Part shown: piece by piece, positions 46,270 through 55,976 of the stretch
Layout of the letters: each line of letters starts with the position of its first letter
Position numbering within the stretch: the stretch's first letter is position 1
NCBI GenBank assembly: GCA_044229475.1
Contig: JBGASW010000007.1
Location: 62,054-126,053, forward strand
Length of the DNA: 64,000 nt
Source: Thermoanaerobaculia bacterium
GTDB lineage: Bacteria; Acidobacteriota; Thermoanaerobaculia; UBA5066
Reading direction: 5' to 3'
The notes under the pieces: generated by a model
Told to the model about the DNA's origin: nothing
Databases searched by the model: none
The model's input: only the letters and a program-made list of their open reading frames with translations
Program-made: the position numbers and the translations under genes

Positions 46270-48159
46270 ATGGACGGATCGACCCCCGAAGGCTCCACCC
46301 CAAACGTCCCGACGCCGCGCGCGGGCTACCAGGGCGAGCCCGGCTCGTTCTCGGCGCGCGCGGCCGCGCGCGCAGGCCGGCCCGTCGCGCATGCGACGTT
46401 CGACCGGGTCCTCAAGGCGCTGCTCGGAGGAGAAGTCGACGTCGCCGTGCTCCCCGCGGCCACGCACGGCGCGGGCCCGGTCGTCGAGCCTCTCGAGGCG
46501 CTCGCGCGCGTCCTCGAGGGCGGCGGCGTCGCGCTCGAGGTCCGCGGCGAGATCGCGATCCCGGTCCGCCTCGTCCTCGCGGCGCCGCCGGGCGTCGCCG
46601 AGGAGGACGTCCGGGAGATCCACTCCCAGCCGCCCGTCCTCCGGCAGTGCGCGCGCCTCCTCGCGCGGCGCGACGCCGTGCCCGTCGAGACGCACGACAC
46701 GGCGTTCGCGGCCCGGCGCGTCGCCGAGCTCGGCGGGCCGCGCGCGGCCGTGTGCTCGGAGGAGGCCGCGCTCGAAGCGGGCCTCGTGGTCCTCGAAGAG
46801 GACGTGTCGGACATGAAGCCGAACGCGACGCGCTTCTGGACGGTCGCGCTCCGCTCGGAGGCCGAGCCCACGGTGCGCGCGCTCTTCTTCTCCGGCGCGC
46901 GCCTCGCCGCGGCCCTGCACGACTCGGGGGCCGAGATCCTCATGCTCGCGGGCCGGCCCGGCGCGGCCGTGGGCGGCTTCGCGACCGTCCCGGCTTCCGC
47001 GCTCGCGAAGGCGGCGGGCCTCGCGCCGAAGGCGGGCGAGACGCTCGTGTGGCTCGGGCCCGCGCCCGATCACGTCCCGCCGCCGCGCCTCCGGGAAGCG
47101 CCGCGCGCGACCGAGGTGAAAGGGCCGACCGTCGTCGCGGCCGGCGTCTTCGCCGTCGGCGGCGGGCTCCGCGCAGTGATCGCGGGCCCGTGCGCCGTCG
47201 AGTCGCCCGAGCAGGTGATGCGCCTCGCCCGGGCGGTCGCGCGCGCCGGGGCGACGGCGCTCCGGGGCGGCGTCTTCAAGCCACGCACGTCTCCGGCCGC
47301 GTTCCAGGGACACGGCCTCGAGGCGCTGCGCTGGCTGCGCGACGCGGGCGACGCCGTCGACCTGCCGATCGTCACGGAAGTCATGGCGCCGGCGCAGGTC
47401 GAACCCGTCGCCCGGCTCGCGGACGTCCTCCAGATCGGTGCGCGCAACTGCCAGAACTACGACCTCCTGAAGGAAGCCGGCGCCGCGGGGCGGCCCGTGA
47501 TGCTCAAGCGCGGCTTCGGGACGACGGTGGAGGAGTGGCTCTCGGCGGCCGAGTACATCCTCGCGGCGGGGTGCAGGGACGTCCTCCTCTGCGAGCGCGG
47601 GATCCGGACGTTCGAGCGCGCGACGCGCGGCACGCTGGACCTCGGGGGCCTCCTCGCGGCGCGTTCGCTCACGCACCTGCCGCTCCTCGCGGACCCGTCG
47701 CATGCGGCGGGGAGGAAGGAGCTCGTGCCGGGCCTCGCGCGCGCGGCGTGGGGCGCGGGTGTGGACGGCCTCATGATCGAGGTCCACGACGCGCCCGAGT
47801 CGGCTCTCTGCGACGGGCCGCAGGCGCTCCTGCCCGACGACCTCGAGATGCTCCTCGACGAGTTCGGCCTCCTTCCAGGGCGGACGGGCTCGGTCGAGCG
47901 CGTGAGGCGCGCCATCGACTCCGTGGACGCCTCGATCGCCGCGCTCGCGGCGCGCCGCCTCGAGCTCTGCCGCCGCGTCGCGGAGGTGAAGAAGGCGACC
48001 GGGCGGCCGATCCGCGACGAGGCGCGCGAGGCCACCGTGCGCGCGCGCTTCGCGGAGAGCCTCGGAAAGGACGCGACGAAGGCGGCGGGCCTCGCGGACG
48101 CGCTCATCGCGCTCGGCCTCGAGGCCGAGGGCTGGGAGGGCGACGCTACTCGCCGATGA
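46270..48159 (+). CDS. Tri-domain fusion: prephenate dehydratase (catalytic domain) - DAHP synthase (type I-beta) - chorismate mutase (AroQ)
   Basis: N-term colinear with PheA PDT domain ([11 protein letters not shown] ... TRFWTV); middle colinear with Thermotoga-type DAHPS ([11 protein letters not shown] ... KPRTSP ... QIGARNCQN ... LKRGF ... [10 protein letters not shown] ... DPSH); C-term AroQ CM helix ([26 protein letters not shown]). Confidence 0.75.
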   Translation: MDGSTPEGSTPNVPTPRAGYQGEPGSFSARAAARAGRPVAHATFDRVLKALLGGEVDVAVLPAATHGAGPVVEPLEALARVLEGGGVALEVRGEIAIPVRLVLAAPPGVAEEDVREIHSQPPVLRQCARLLARRDAVPVETHDTAFAARRVAELGGPRAAVCSEEAALEAGLVVLEEDVSDMKPNATRFWTVALRSEAEPTVRALFFSGARLAAALHDSGAEILMLAGRPGAAVGGFATVPASALAKAAGLAPKAGETLVWLGPAPDHVPPPRLREAPRATEVKGPTVVAAGVFAVGGGLRAVIAGPCAVESPEQVMRLARAVARAGATALRGGVFKPRTSPAAFQGHGLEALRWLRDAGDAVDLPIVTEVMAPAQVEPVARLADVLQIGARNCQNYDLLKEAGAAGRPVMLKRGFGTTVEEWLSAAEYILAAGCRDVLLCERGIRTFERATRGTLDLGGLLAARSLTHLPLLADPSHAAGRKELVPGLARAAWGAGVDGLMIEVHDAPESALCDGPQALLPDDLEMLLDEFGLLPGRTGSVERVRRAIDSVDASIAALAARRLELCRRVAEVKKATGRPIRDEAREATVRARFAESLGKDATKAAGLADALIALGLEAEGWEGDATRR

Positions 48160-48565
48160 TCTTGATCAGGACGCGCTTCGGGCGGCAGCCGTCCCACTCG
48201 CCGTAGAAGATCCGCTCCCAGGTGCCGAAGTCGAGGCGGCCGTTCGTGATCGCGACGACCGCCTCACGCCCCATGAGCTGCCGCTTGACGTGCGCGTCCG
48301 CGTTGTCCTCGCCCGTGTCGTTGTGCCGCCATTGCCTCACGGGATCGTGCGGGACGAGCGTCTCGAAGAAGCGCTCGTAGTCCGCGTGCAATCCGCTCTC
48401 GTCGTCGTTCACGAAGACCGACGCCGTGATGTGCATCGGGTTCACGAGGCAGAGTCCCTCCTTCACGCCGCTCTCCTTCACGGCGGCCTCGACCTCGGGC
48501 GTGATGTTCACGAACCCGATCCGGGCCGGGACGTTCAACGTGAGGACCTTGCGATGGGACTTCAC
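48146..48565 (-). CDS. YjbQ/UPF0047-family protein (secondary thiamine-phosphate synthase-like)
   Basis: 139 aa; GTG start; pattern [14 protein letters not shown] ... [10 protein letters not shown]; overlaps kinase gene stop. Confidence 0.7.
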   Translation of the reverse strand: MKSHRKVLTLNVPARIGFVNITPEVEAAVKESGVKEGLCLVNPMHITASVFVNDDESGLHADYERFFETLVPHDPVRQWRHNDTGEDNADAHVKRQLMGREAVVAITNGRLDFGTWERIFYGEWDGCRPKRVLIKIIGE

Positions 48566-50715
48566 GGGCTCTGTTCGCCTCTCTCCGGCGCGGACGCGTC
48601 GAGCTCGCGCAGGGCCGTCTCGGCGTTCCTCGCGGCGTCGCCTCCCGCGGGCGCGAAGCGCAGGATCTCCTCGTAGAGGCGGTGCGCGTCGCGCACGCGG
48701 CCGGAAGCACGGTAGAGCCCCGCGAGGCCCACGCGCGACGGGAGCGCCTCGGCGGAGGCGGGCGCGGAACGGAGGATCTCCTCGTAGAGCGTCTGCGCGC
48801 GGAGCGCATCCTGGCGCCTCTCGGCGGCCTGGGCGAGGCGCAGGGTCGCCGTCCGCGCGGCCTCGGCGTCGGTGCCGGAGCGAGCCTGCTCGTAGGCATG
48901 CAGGGCGTCCTCGTCCCGCCGCACGCTCTCGAGGTACTCGCCGCGCGTCAGGAGCGCCTCTCCCCGCAGGGAGGGAATCGCGGCGAGAAGATCGAGAGCC
49001 TTGAGGACGCGGCCGTCGTCGCCGGCCTTGCGGGCGAGCTCCGTCATCGTCCGGTAGAGCGCGGCGCGCGTCTCGGCGCGCGGGGTTCTCGCCGCGGCCT
49101 CCGCGTAGAGGTCGAAGGCCTTGGCCGGGCCGCTCTCCTTCTCGGCCGCCGAGCCGCGTTCGAGGATTCGCGCGAGCGTCTCGTCCGCGGCGGACGGGAC
49201 GCCCGGGCCGGGCGCGGCTCCGGGAGACGGAGCGGACGCCGGGGCCGCGCCTGCGCCGGGAAGCCGCGGCGCGCGGCGGGCCCACCACGCCCCGAAAAGA
49301 GCGACCGCGAGAGCCGCCGCGGCGAGAAGAGCGGCGGAGGCGCGCGGACCCGTCCGCGCGGGCGGCGCGGCGGGAACCGTGCGCGGGCTGGCGGGAACCG
49401 ACGCCGGCAGCGCTCGCGCGGACCCCGCGTCCGACGAGAGCAGCGAGGCGATCTGCCCCTGCGTGTACGGGTCGGGCGGCGCGAGCGCCTGGAGCTTGCG
49501 GAAGAACCGCATGAGGTTGACGAAGTCGTGCTCGAGGCGGTAGAGCTTCGCGAGCTGCAGAAGGAGCGCGAGATTGTCGGGCTCCTTCTTGAGCGCCTCC
49601 TCGAGGGAGCGGATCTTCGCGTTGTCGAGCGGCTTCTCGCGCTGCCCGGCGCGGATCGCGGCGGTCCGGAAGAGCTCCTGCGCCTTCGGGTCGTGCGGGA
49701 GGCACGCCACCGTTCGGTAGGCGGCCCAGAGGGCCTCCTCGGGCCGCGCCGAGGAATCCTTCAGGAGCGTCTCGGCCGCTGCCGCGGACTCCGCGGCGAG
49801 GCGCCGGTTGCGCGCGGCGACGAAGGCGCCCGGGTCGTCGAGAAAGGAGCGGAAGAGAACGGCGGGGCGCTCGACGTTTTCCTTCTCGAAGACCGCCCGC
49901 AGGGCCCGCGAGGCCGTCGCCGCGTCGGGGAAGCGGGCCGAGCGGTCCTTGGCGTGGAGCTTCCGGAGGAACGTGTCGACGCCGGGCGGGATCGTCGGGT
50001 CGAGCAGCGAGGGAAGCTCGGGCTCGGTCTCCGCGACGCGGCGGAGCGTCACGGCGATCGAATCGGCCGTGAACGGGTTGAACCCGCAGAGGAGCTCGTA
50101 GAGCACGGTGCCCATCGAAAAGAGGTCGGTGCGTGCGTCCAGCTCGTCGCCGCGCGCCTGCTCGGGCGACATGTGCGCCGGCGTCCCGACGACGGTCCCG
50201 GTCATCGTGAGGCGCGTGAGGTGTTCGGCGTGGCTGATGCCGAAATCGCCGATCTTCACGGAGCCGTCTTTCGTCCACATGATGTTCTGCGGCTTGATGT
50301 CGCGGTGGACGACGCCCTTCGCGTGCGCGGCCGCGAGGCCGTTCAGGGCCTCGTCGACGGCGTAGAGCGCGACCTCCCACGGGAAGCGCCCCGACTCCTG
50401 GCGCAGGGCGTAGAGCTCGCCTCCGTCGACGTACTCCATGACGATGTACGCGTTCGACGGCGTCGGGCTGCAGTCGACGAGCTCGACGATGTTCGGGTGC
50501 TTGAGCCCGATCTGGATCCGGATCTCGTGGAAGAAACGGTCGAGGAAGTCGGGGTCCGTGAGCAGGTGCGGGAGGATCTTCTTGATCGCGACCTTGCGGC
50601 CGGTCTTCGCGTCGACGGCGAGGAAGATCTCCGCCATCCCGCCGAGTGCGAGCCGGCGGACGATCGTGTAGTGGTCGATCCTCTCCGGAACCGGAGGGCC
50701 GCCGCCGTCGGGCAT
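48562..50715 (-). CDS. Serine/threonine protein kinase with TM segment and C-terminal TPR repeats
   Basis: Hanks kinase motifs ([25 protein letters not shown]), central TM helix, TPR-like C-terminus. Confidence 0.85.
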   Translation of the reverse strand: MPDGGGPPVPERIDHYTIVRRLALGGMAEIFLAVDAKTGRKVAIKKILPHLLTDPDFLDRFFHEIRIQIGLKHPNIVELVDCSPTPSNAYIVMEYVDGGELYALRQESGRFPWEVALYAVDEALNGLAAAHAKGVVHRDIKPQNIMWTKDGSVKIGDFGISHAEHLTRLTMTGTVVGTPAHMSPEQARGDELDARTDLFSMGTVLYELLCGFNPFTADSIAVTLRRVAETEPELPSLLDPTIPPGVDTFLRKLHAKDRSARFPDAATASRALRAVFEKENVERPAVLFRSFLDDPGAFVAARNRRLAAESAAAAETLLKDSSARPEEALWAAYRTVACLPHDPKAQELFRTAAIRAGQREKPLDNAKIRSLEEALKKEPDNLALLLQLAKLYRLEHDFVNLMRFFRKLQALAPPDPYTQGQIASLLSSDAGSARALPASVPASPRTVPAAPPARTGPRASAALLAAAALAVALFGAWWARRAPRLPGAGAAPASAPSPGAAPGPGVPSAADETLARILERGSAAEKESGPAKAFDLYAEAAARTPRAETRAALYRTMTELARKAGDDGRVLKALDLLAAIPSLRGEALLTRGEYLESVRRDEDALHAYEQARSGTDAEAARTATLRLAQAAERRQDALRAQTLYEEILRSAPASAEALPSRVGLAGLYRASGRVRDAHRLYEEILRFAPAGGDAARNAETALRELDASAPERGEQSP

Positions 50716-50741
50716 CGTGCGGGAATCTTACGCGGGCCCGC

Positions 50742-51653
50742 TCAGGGAGGCGGGCCGGCCTCCATCGGCAGGTCCTCGCGCGCGGACCATTCCCAGAGCG
50801 AACCGTCGTAGTTCGCGGCGACGACTCCGAGGCGGGCCTCGAGGAGAAACGCGAGGAGCGCCGAGCGAACGCCGCCCGTGCAGTAGGTGACCACGGGCCG
50901 ATCCTCGGGCAGGGGTCCGGCGGCCGCGGCGAGCGCTTCGGCAGAGGCGTACCGCCCGTCCGGCGCCCGGAGCGCGGCGAGCGGAACGAGGCGCGCACCC
51001 GGCAGACGGCCGCCGCGCGCCTGGCCCGTGAGCGTCTTTCCCGTGAACTCCTCGGGCGTGCGCGCGTCGAGGAGGACGGCCCCCGAGCCGAGCAGGTCGC
51101 GCAACGCGTCCGCACCGATTCGGCGCCCGGGCTGCGGCGACGGCTCGAAGTCGCCGGGACGCTCCACTGCGCCGTCCGGGGGGCCGCGCTCGACGCGTGC
51201 GCCCGCGAGCTTCTCCCACGCCGGGAAACCTCCGTCGAGAAGCGCGACGTCGCGCGCGCCGAGGGCGAGCAGCATCCAGCCGATCCGCCCCTCTTCGCCC
51301 CAGCCGTCCGCGCCTCCGACGACGACGACGGGCCGCGACGCGGTGAGGCCGAGGGCGCGCAGCTTCGGGGCGAGTTTCGAGTCGTCCGCGAGGAGCCCCC
51401 AGCGCGACGAACCGCGAAGCAGGTAGGCGAATCCGCCCGGCCTGACGGCGCTGAAGTCCCTCCAGTCCGCGTTCCGGCTGCCCGGGACGCGGCCGGCCTC
51501 GAACGCGCGACGGTCGCGCGCGTCGAGGACGACGGGCGCCGAGCGTCCGTCGAGCGCGGCGAGGAGCGCCGCGGCGTCGACGAGCCGGGCGCGGCCCGGG
51601 GCGGCCGCGAGAACGGGCGTCGCCAGCGCGAGAAGGAGAGCGGCGGCGCGCAC
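50742..51653 (-). CDS. Secreted tandem-rhodanese sulfurtransferase (thiosulfate/3-mercaptopyruvate sulfurtransferase-like)
   Basis: Signal peptide; two rhodanese repeats; active-site CTGGVRS. Confidence 0.75.
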   Translation of the reverse strand: MRAAALLLALATPVLAAAPGRARLVDAAALLAALDGRSAPVVLDARDRRAFEAGRVPGSRNADWRDFSAVRPGGFAYLLRGSSRWGLLADDSKLAPKLRALGLTASRPVVVVGGADGWGEEGRIGWMLLALGARDVALLDGGFPAWEKLAGARVERGPPDGAVERPGDFEPSPQPGRRIGADALRDLLGSGAVLLDARTPEEFTGKTLTGQARGGRLPGARLVPLAALRAPDGRYASAEALAAAAGPLPEDRPVVTYCTGGVRSALLAFLLEARLGVVAANYDGSLWEWSAREDLPMEAGPPP

Positions 51654-51656
51654 GCG

Positions 51657-52337
51657 TCAATTCTCGCGCAGCCGGGCGCGCAAGCCGTCGAGGAGGCGGA
51701 CCGGGCCCTTCGCGCGGCCGGCGCCGCGCATCCACGCGGGCAGGCTTTCGCCGAAGACGTCGCTTTCCGTGTACACGAGCGTCGCGCCGCCCGGCGCGGG
51801 CCCCGGCGACACCGCGAAGCACCCGCTCACGGGAGCCACGCGGACGCGGCCGGAAGCCGGCGGCGCGAGGCGCATCGAGGCGTCCTCCCAGAACACGACG
51901 GCCCCGTCGCGGTCGCGGGCGACGGCGGGTGCGAGGGCGTACTCGCGCTCCTTCAGCGGCCAGGGGGCCGCGAACACCGCCGCGTAGGCCGGAGGGTTGC
52001 CGGAGAGAAGCTCGAAGGAACGCAGGCGCCTGATCCACGTAGGCCAGCGTGCGACGTCTTCGAGGATCGCGGTGACCCGGTCCGCCGGGGCGTCGAGAGG
52101 GGCGCGCGCGCGCAGGACCACGGGGCCGCCCGGCAGGCGCGCGAGGCCGACGGTCACGCCATGCTCCTCGTTCAGCGGCGAGAAGAGCGCGTCCGGGAGA
52201 CGGCAGGGGTGCGCCGGAGGGAGCTCCCGCTTCGGCGGCGTCGAGGCCCGCGGACCGTCCGCGGCCACGGAGGCGGGGAGAGAAGCCGCGAGAAGAACGG
52301 CAAGAAGAAAAGACACTGCGCCCCCGCGCGGGATCAC
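51657..52337 (-). CDS. Secreted SRPBCC (START/Bet v1/CoxG-like) superfamily protein
   Basis: GTG start overlapping radical SAM stop (GTGA); signal peptide; fold-level pattern only. Confidence 0.5.
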   Translation of the reverse strand: MIPRGGAVSFLLAVLLAASLPASVAADGPRASTPPKRELPPAHPCRLPDALFSPLNEEHGVTVGLARLPGGPVVLRARAPLDAPADRVTAILEDVARWPTWIRRLRSFELLSGNPPAYAAVFAAPWPLKEREYALAPAVARDRDGAVVFWEDASMRLAPPASGRVRVAPVSGCFAVSPGPAPGGATLVYTESDVFGESLPAWMRGAGRAKGPVRLLDGLRARLREN

Positions 52338-53638
52338 GAGGCGCGCGCCGCGGGGAGGGACGGCAGCGCGAGCGCGCCCGTCTTCGGGTCCCAGACCCCG
52401 GCGCCGCCCGCGGACGGGAGGGCGAGCGGCTTCAGGATGTAGTCGTCGCGCCGCGCGTTGTGCGCGCACATCGAGACGGGGCCGTCGTCCGTCATAACCA
52501 TGAACGAGCAGTGTGCGAGGCGCTCCTCGTCGAGCGCGTCCGCGTCCATGAAGTTCTGGATGAAGAACGTGATCTTGCCGGTCTTCCTCCGCGCGAGAAG
52601 CTCGCGCCTCACCCGCCAGAGGCGCGAGAGGACGAACGCGCCCCCGCGCAGGACCCACCAGGGCCTGCGGGCGAGCGCGAGGAGGACCTGCCGCGCCGTG
52701 CCCGGGACGTCGCGGCGGTCGAACGGCACATGCTTCATTTCCTCGAGGAAGCTCTCGTAGAGGGTCTGGTCGGCGAGGACGTCCACGGCGCGGCCGCCGA
52801 ACGTCGCGAGCATCGTGGCCTCGTGGCAGTCCGGGTGCCCGAGGAGCGCGGCATTCCACGCGAGGCCCCCTTCCCCGACCGCCGCGGTGACGCGCTCGCG
52901 GATCGCCCGCATCGTGACCTCGGGTGCGCGCGCGCGCCACTCGCCGCGGCCCGTCGCCGCCTGCACCTGGAACGAGGCCATCCCGACGACGTCGGAGTGG
53001 GCGAGGAAGAAGCGGACGAGCCCCGGGATCTCGTCGAGGTTCCCGCCGTGGACGGACGTGTTGAAGATCACGGCGATGCCGAGGCCGCGGGCGCGTTCGA
53101 TGTACTCGCGGCGGATCGCGTGGAGCGACTCCTCGGTGGGAAAGCGCCTGCGCCGCTGCGTCGTGTCCACGTGGAACGCGACGTCGTAGAGGCCGGCCGC
53201 CGCGAGCTCCTCGAGGAGGTCCCGCGTGGCCTTGATGCCGTTCGTGAACAGCGAGGGGCGGAGGTCGCGCTCGGCGACGCGCCTCACGATCGCGACGAGC
53301 TCCGCGCGGTCGCGCAGCGTCGGGTCCCCGCCCGTGACCTGCACGCTCACGCCCGCCCCGTATTGCGCGCGGATGCGGTCGATGCGCTCGAAGAGGATCT
53401 CGAGCGGCGTGTCTTTCACGGATTCGGAGGATTCCGAGAGATAGCAGAGCGTACAGTCGAGGTTGCAGCGCTGCGTGATCTCGAGGGCGACGCACCCGAC
53501 CGTCGAGCGCCGCCCGAGCACCTGGTTCGGGAGGCGGAAACGCGGGTCGAGCCTCTCCCACGCCTCGGCAAGCGCGCGCTCGCGGAGGGCGGCGTCGGGA
53601 AAAACGGGCAGACGGCTCACCGGATGGAATATTCGCAA
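52334..53638 (-). CDS. Radical SAM domain protein
   Basis: CNLDCTLCY (CxxxCxxC) cluster motif, GGDPTL SAM-binding motif. Confidence 0.75.
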   Translation of the reverse strand: MRIFHPVSRLPVFPDAALRERALAEAWERLDPRFRLPNQVLGRRSTVGCVALEITQRCNLDCTLCYLSESSESVKDTPLEILFERIDRIRAQYGAGVSVQVTGGDPTLRDRAELVAIVRRVAERDLRPSLFTNGIKATRDLLEELAAAGLYDVAFHVDTTQRRRRFPTEESLHAIRREYIERARGLGIAVIFNTSVHGGNLDEIPGLVRFFLAHSDVVGMASFQVQAATGRGEWRARAPEVTMRAIRERVTAAVGEGGLAWNAALLGHPDCHEATMLATFGGRAVDVLADQTLYESFLEEMKHVPFDRRDVPGTARQVLLALARRPWWVLRGGAFVLSRLWRVRRELLARRKTGKITFFIQNFMDADALDEERLAHCSFMVMTDDGPVSMCAHNARRDDYILKPLALPSAGGAGVWDPKTGALALPSLPAARAS

Positions 53639-53700
53639 GGGGATGGAAGATATTCCCTCGGACGGGAGTACGAGCGACGGGTAAGGGGGGATTTCTTCGA

Positions 53701-54537
53701 ATGAGAAAGAGCGGGCATCGGGGCGCCGCAGGCATGCTGCCGGCTTTCCTCCGGCTGACGTCAGCTTTCGTGATCTTGAGCGGCCTTGCGCTCGATGCTT
53801 CGCCCGCGCCAGCGCCCGATGCCCCGTTCTCCTATGCAGACTGGAATCTCGTGCTTTCGGCCTTCGTCGACGACCGTGGCACGGTCGACTACGCGGCGCT
53901 GGCCCGCGCCCCTCAGGCCCTCGACCGGTTTCTCGCGGCGGTGGAGCGGACGAGCCCGGACGTGGAGCCGGCGCTCTTTCCGACCCGGAACGACCAGCTT
54001 GCCTATTACCTCAACGCCTACAACGCGTGGGTCTTTCGCGGGGTCCTCGCCCGCGGGCCGGAGAGAGAAAGCGTCTGGAAGGGGGGGCTCGTCTCCGGCT
54101 ACTCGTTCTTCGTCGGGATGGACATCGTCCTCGGAGGCGTGAAGACGAACCTCAAGAAGCTCGAGGACAAGACGGTGCGCGCCCGCTTCGAGGACCCGCG
54201 CATCCACGCCGCGCTGAACTGCGCGAGCCGGGGGTGCCCGCGCCTGCCGCGAAAGGCCTTCGAGCCCGCCACGCTCGACGCCGAGTTGGATGCCGCGATG
54301 AGGGAGTTCGTCTCCGAGGAACGGAACGTCTCGGTCGACACGGCCGCTCGCCGCCTGACGCTCTCGAAGATCTTCGACTGGTTCGAGGGCGACTTCCTCG
54401 CCTTCGAGAGGAAGCAGGGCAACGCGAGCCCGAAACTCGCCGACTACGTGAACCGGTACCGCGCCGCGGACGCGACGGTGCCCCGGGACTTCCGGGTCCG
54501 GTTCGCGGAATACGACAAGGGGCTCAACGGGCGCTGA
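53701..54537 (+). CDS. DUF547-domain protein (secreted?)
   Basis: Pattern YLNAYNAWVF ... HAALNCASRGCP characteristic of DUF547; alternative start 53734. Confidence 0.55.
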   Translation: MRKSGHRGAAGMLPAFLRLTSAFVILSGLALDASPAPAPDAPFSYADWNLVLSAFVDDRGTVDYAALARAPQALDRFLAAVERTSPDVEPALFPTRNDQLAYYLNAYNAWVFRGVLARGPERESVWKGGLVSGYSFFVGMDIVLGGVKTNLKKLEDKTVRARFEDPRIHAALNCASRGCPRLPRKAFEPATLDAELDAAMREFVSEERNVSVDTAARRLTLSKIFDWFEGDFLAFERKQGNASPKLADYVNRYRAADATVPRDFRVRFAEYDKGLNGR

Positions 54538-54565
54538 AGGGTCGCAGCCCGTACACTCCGCGGCC

Positions 54566-55387
54566 GTGCCGCCGCGAGCGCTTTCCTCTCCTGTCCTCGC
54601 CGTCCTCGACGTCGGCTTCTTCCGCCACCCGGACCTGACCTCGCGTCGCGTCCTCGCGTGCGTCGACGCGACGGGCCGGCGCGTCGTCCCGTTTCACTAC
54701 GGGGCGCCGGGCACCGGGGCCGAGCACGGCACGCGGACGATGCTCCTCGCGGCGGGCAGCGGCCGCGCGAGCGGGCTCGTCTCGGCCGCCCCGCGTTCGA
54801 AGGTCGTCCTCGTGAAAGTCGGCGAGGGAGGCCGGGTGCCGCGCGCCGCGATCGTGCGCGCGTTTCGCTGGCTCCTCGCGCACGGAGGACGATGGGGCAT
54901 CCGCGTCGTCCTCTGTCCCTTCGGCGACGATCCCGAGATCCGGGGCGAGAAGAGCGAGGTGCCGGCGCTCGTCGCGGCTCTCGCCGCCCGCGGCCTCGTC
55001 GTCGTCGCCGCCGCGGGCTGGGATCCGGCGAACGAAGTCATCTCGCCGGCGCGCTCGCCGCACGCGATCGCGGTCGGCGGCTGGGACCTCGCGGACAACC
55101 GTCCCGCGCGCGGGCCGCGGGTCGGCCTCGTCGAGGGCGTGCTGAAGCCGGATCTCCTCGCGCCGGCGGTCCCGCTCGAGGTGCCGTGCCTGCAGGGCAG
55201 CCGGACACACGAGCGGGCCGGGGGAACGTCGTTCGCGGCCTCCCTCGTGGCGGGGGCCGCGCTCCGCATTCTCGGAAAGGAGCCGGACCTCGGGAAAGAC
55301 GGTGTCCTCGCGCGTCTCGCGGCCCTCGGGCGCCCCGTCCCCGGACACCCCCCGTTCCTGCCCCTCCGGGTGTTCCGGCGGACCTGA
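54566..55387 (+). CDS. Subtilisin-like (S8) serine peptidase-like protein, short
   Basis: HGT and GTSFAA motifs (His and Ser of catalytic triad); N-terminal part/Asp region atypical. Confidence 0.5.
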   Translation: MPPRALSSPVLAVLDVGFFRHPDLTSRRVLACVDATGRRVVPFHYGAPGTGAEHGTRTMLLAAGSGRASGLVSAAPRSKVVLVKVGEGGRVPRAAIVRAFRWLLAHGGRWGIRVVLCPFGDDPEIRGEKSEVPALVAALAARGLVVVAAAGWDPANEVISPARSPHAIAVGGWDLADNRPARGPRVGLVEGVLKPDLLAPAVPLEVPCLQGSRTHERAGGTSFAASLVAGAALRILGKEPDLGKDGVLARLAALGRPVPGHPPFLPLRVFRRT

Positions 55388-55486
55388 CCCCCCCGGATTT
55401 CTTGAGGTTTTCGGGGTTCCGCGTCTGGACTCAGATGCAACTGCACCATTCCTTTCCGTTTTCCGGAGGGGCATCGTCCCCTCACC

Positions 55487-55966
55487 ATGAGCGGAAACAC
55501 CGACGAACGCCGCGTCTTCGACGAATTCCTCAAGCGCAAGGGACTCAAGGTCACGCGCGAGAGAACGGCCGTGTTCGACGAGATCTTCTCGACGCACCGG
55601 CACTTCGACGCCGACGACCTCGTGAGCCGCATGCGCGAGCGGGGCACCAAGATCAGCCGGGCGACGATCTACCGCACGCTCGAGCTGCTCTACGGGTGCG
55701 GCCTCGTGGGTCGCGTCCGCCTGAACGAGGAGAAGTACCGCTACGAGCGGCTCCGCAAGGGCGAGCACCACGACCACCTCGTCTGCACGAACTGCGGCAA
55801 GGTCGTGGAGTTCGTCGACGGCGCCATCGAGAAGCGGCAGGACGCGGTCTGCAAGGAGCACGACTTCGTCGCGACGTCGCACTCACACCAGATCTGGGGT
55901 CTCTGCGGCGCCTGCCGGAAGGTCGCCATGAAGGCTCCGGGCCGGGCTCCTTCGACCTCCGCGTAG
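55487..55966 (+). CDS. fur: Ferric uptake regulator family transcriptional regulator
   Basis: Fur pattern: winged helix, HHDHLVCTNCG metal site, second CxxC. Confidence 0.8.
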   Translation: MSGNTDERRVFDEFLKRKGLKVTRERTAVFDEIFSTHRHFDADDLVSRMRERGTKISRATIYRTLELLYGCGLVGRVRLNEEKYRYERLRKGEHHDHLVCTNCGKVVEFVDGAIEKRQDAVCKEHDFVATSHSHQIWGLCGACRKVAMKAPGRAPSTSA

Positions 55967-55976
55967 ACTCGGGCGC

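Noticed and set aside
46243-48206. 514-aa minus ORF and 652-aa alternate plus ORF over the PDT-DAHPS-CM gene
   Set aside because: Shadow and alternate-frame ORFs. The 46270 frame carries the PDT, DAHPS and CM motifs.
48146-51115. 989-aa minus-strand ORF
   Set aside because: Only its 3' 139 codons (YjbQ, 48146-48565) are real. The remainder is an alternate frame of the Ser/Thr kinase gene.
50646-53735. 598-aa plus ORF and 692-aa minus ORF over the rhodanese/SRPBCC/radical-SAM region
   Set aside because: Low-complexity shadow ORFs. The 692-aa ORF only contributes its last 226 codons (SRPBCC protein).
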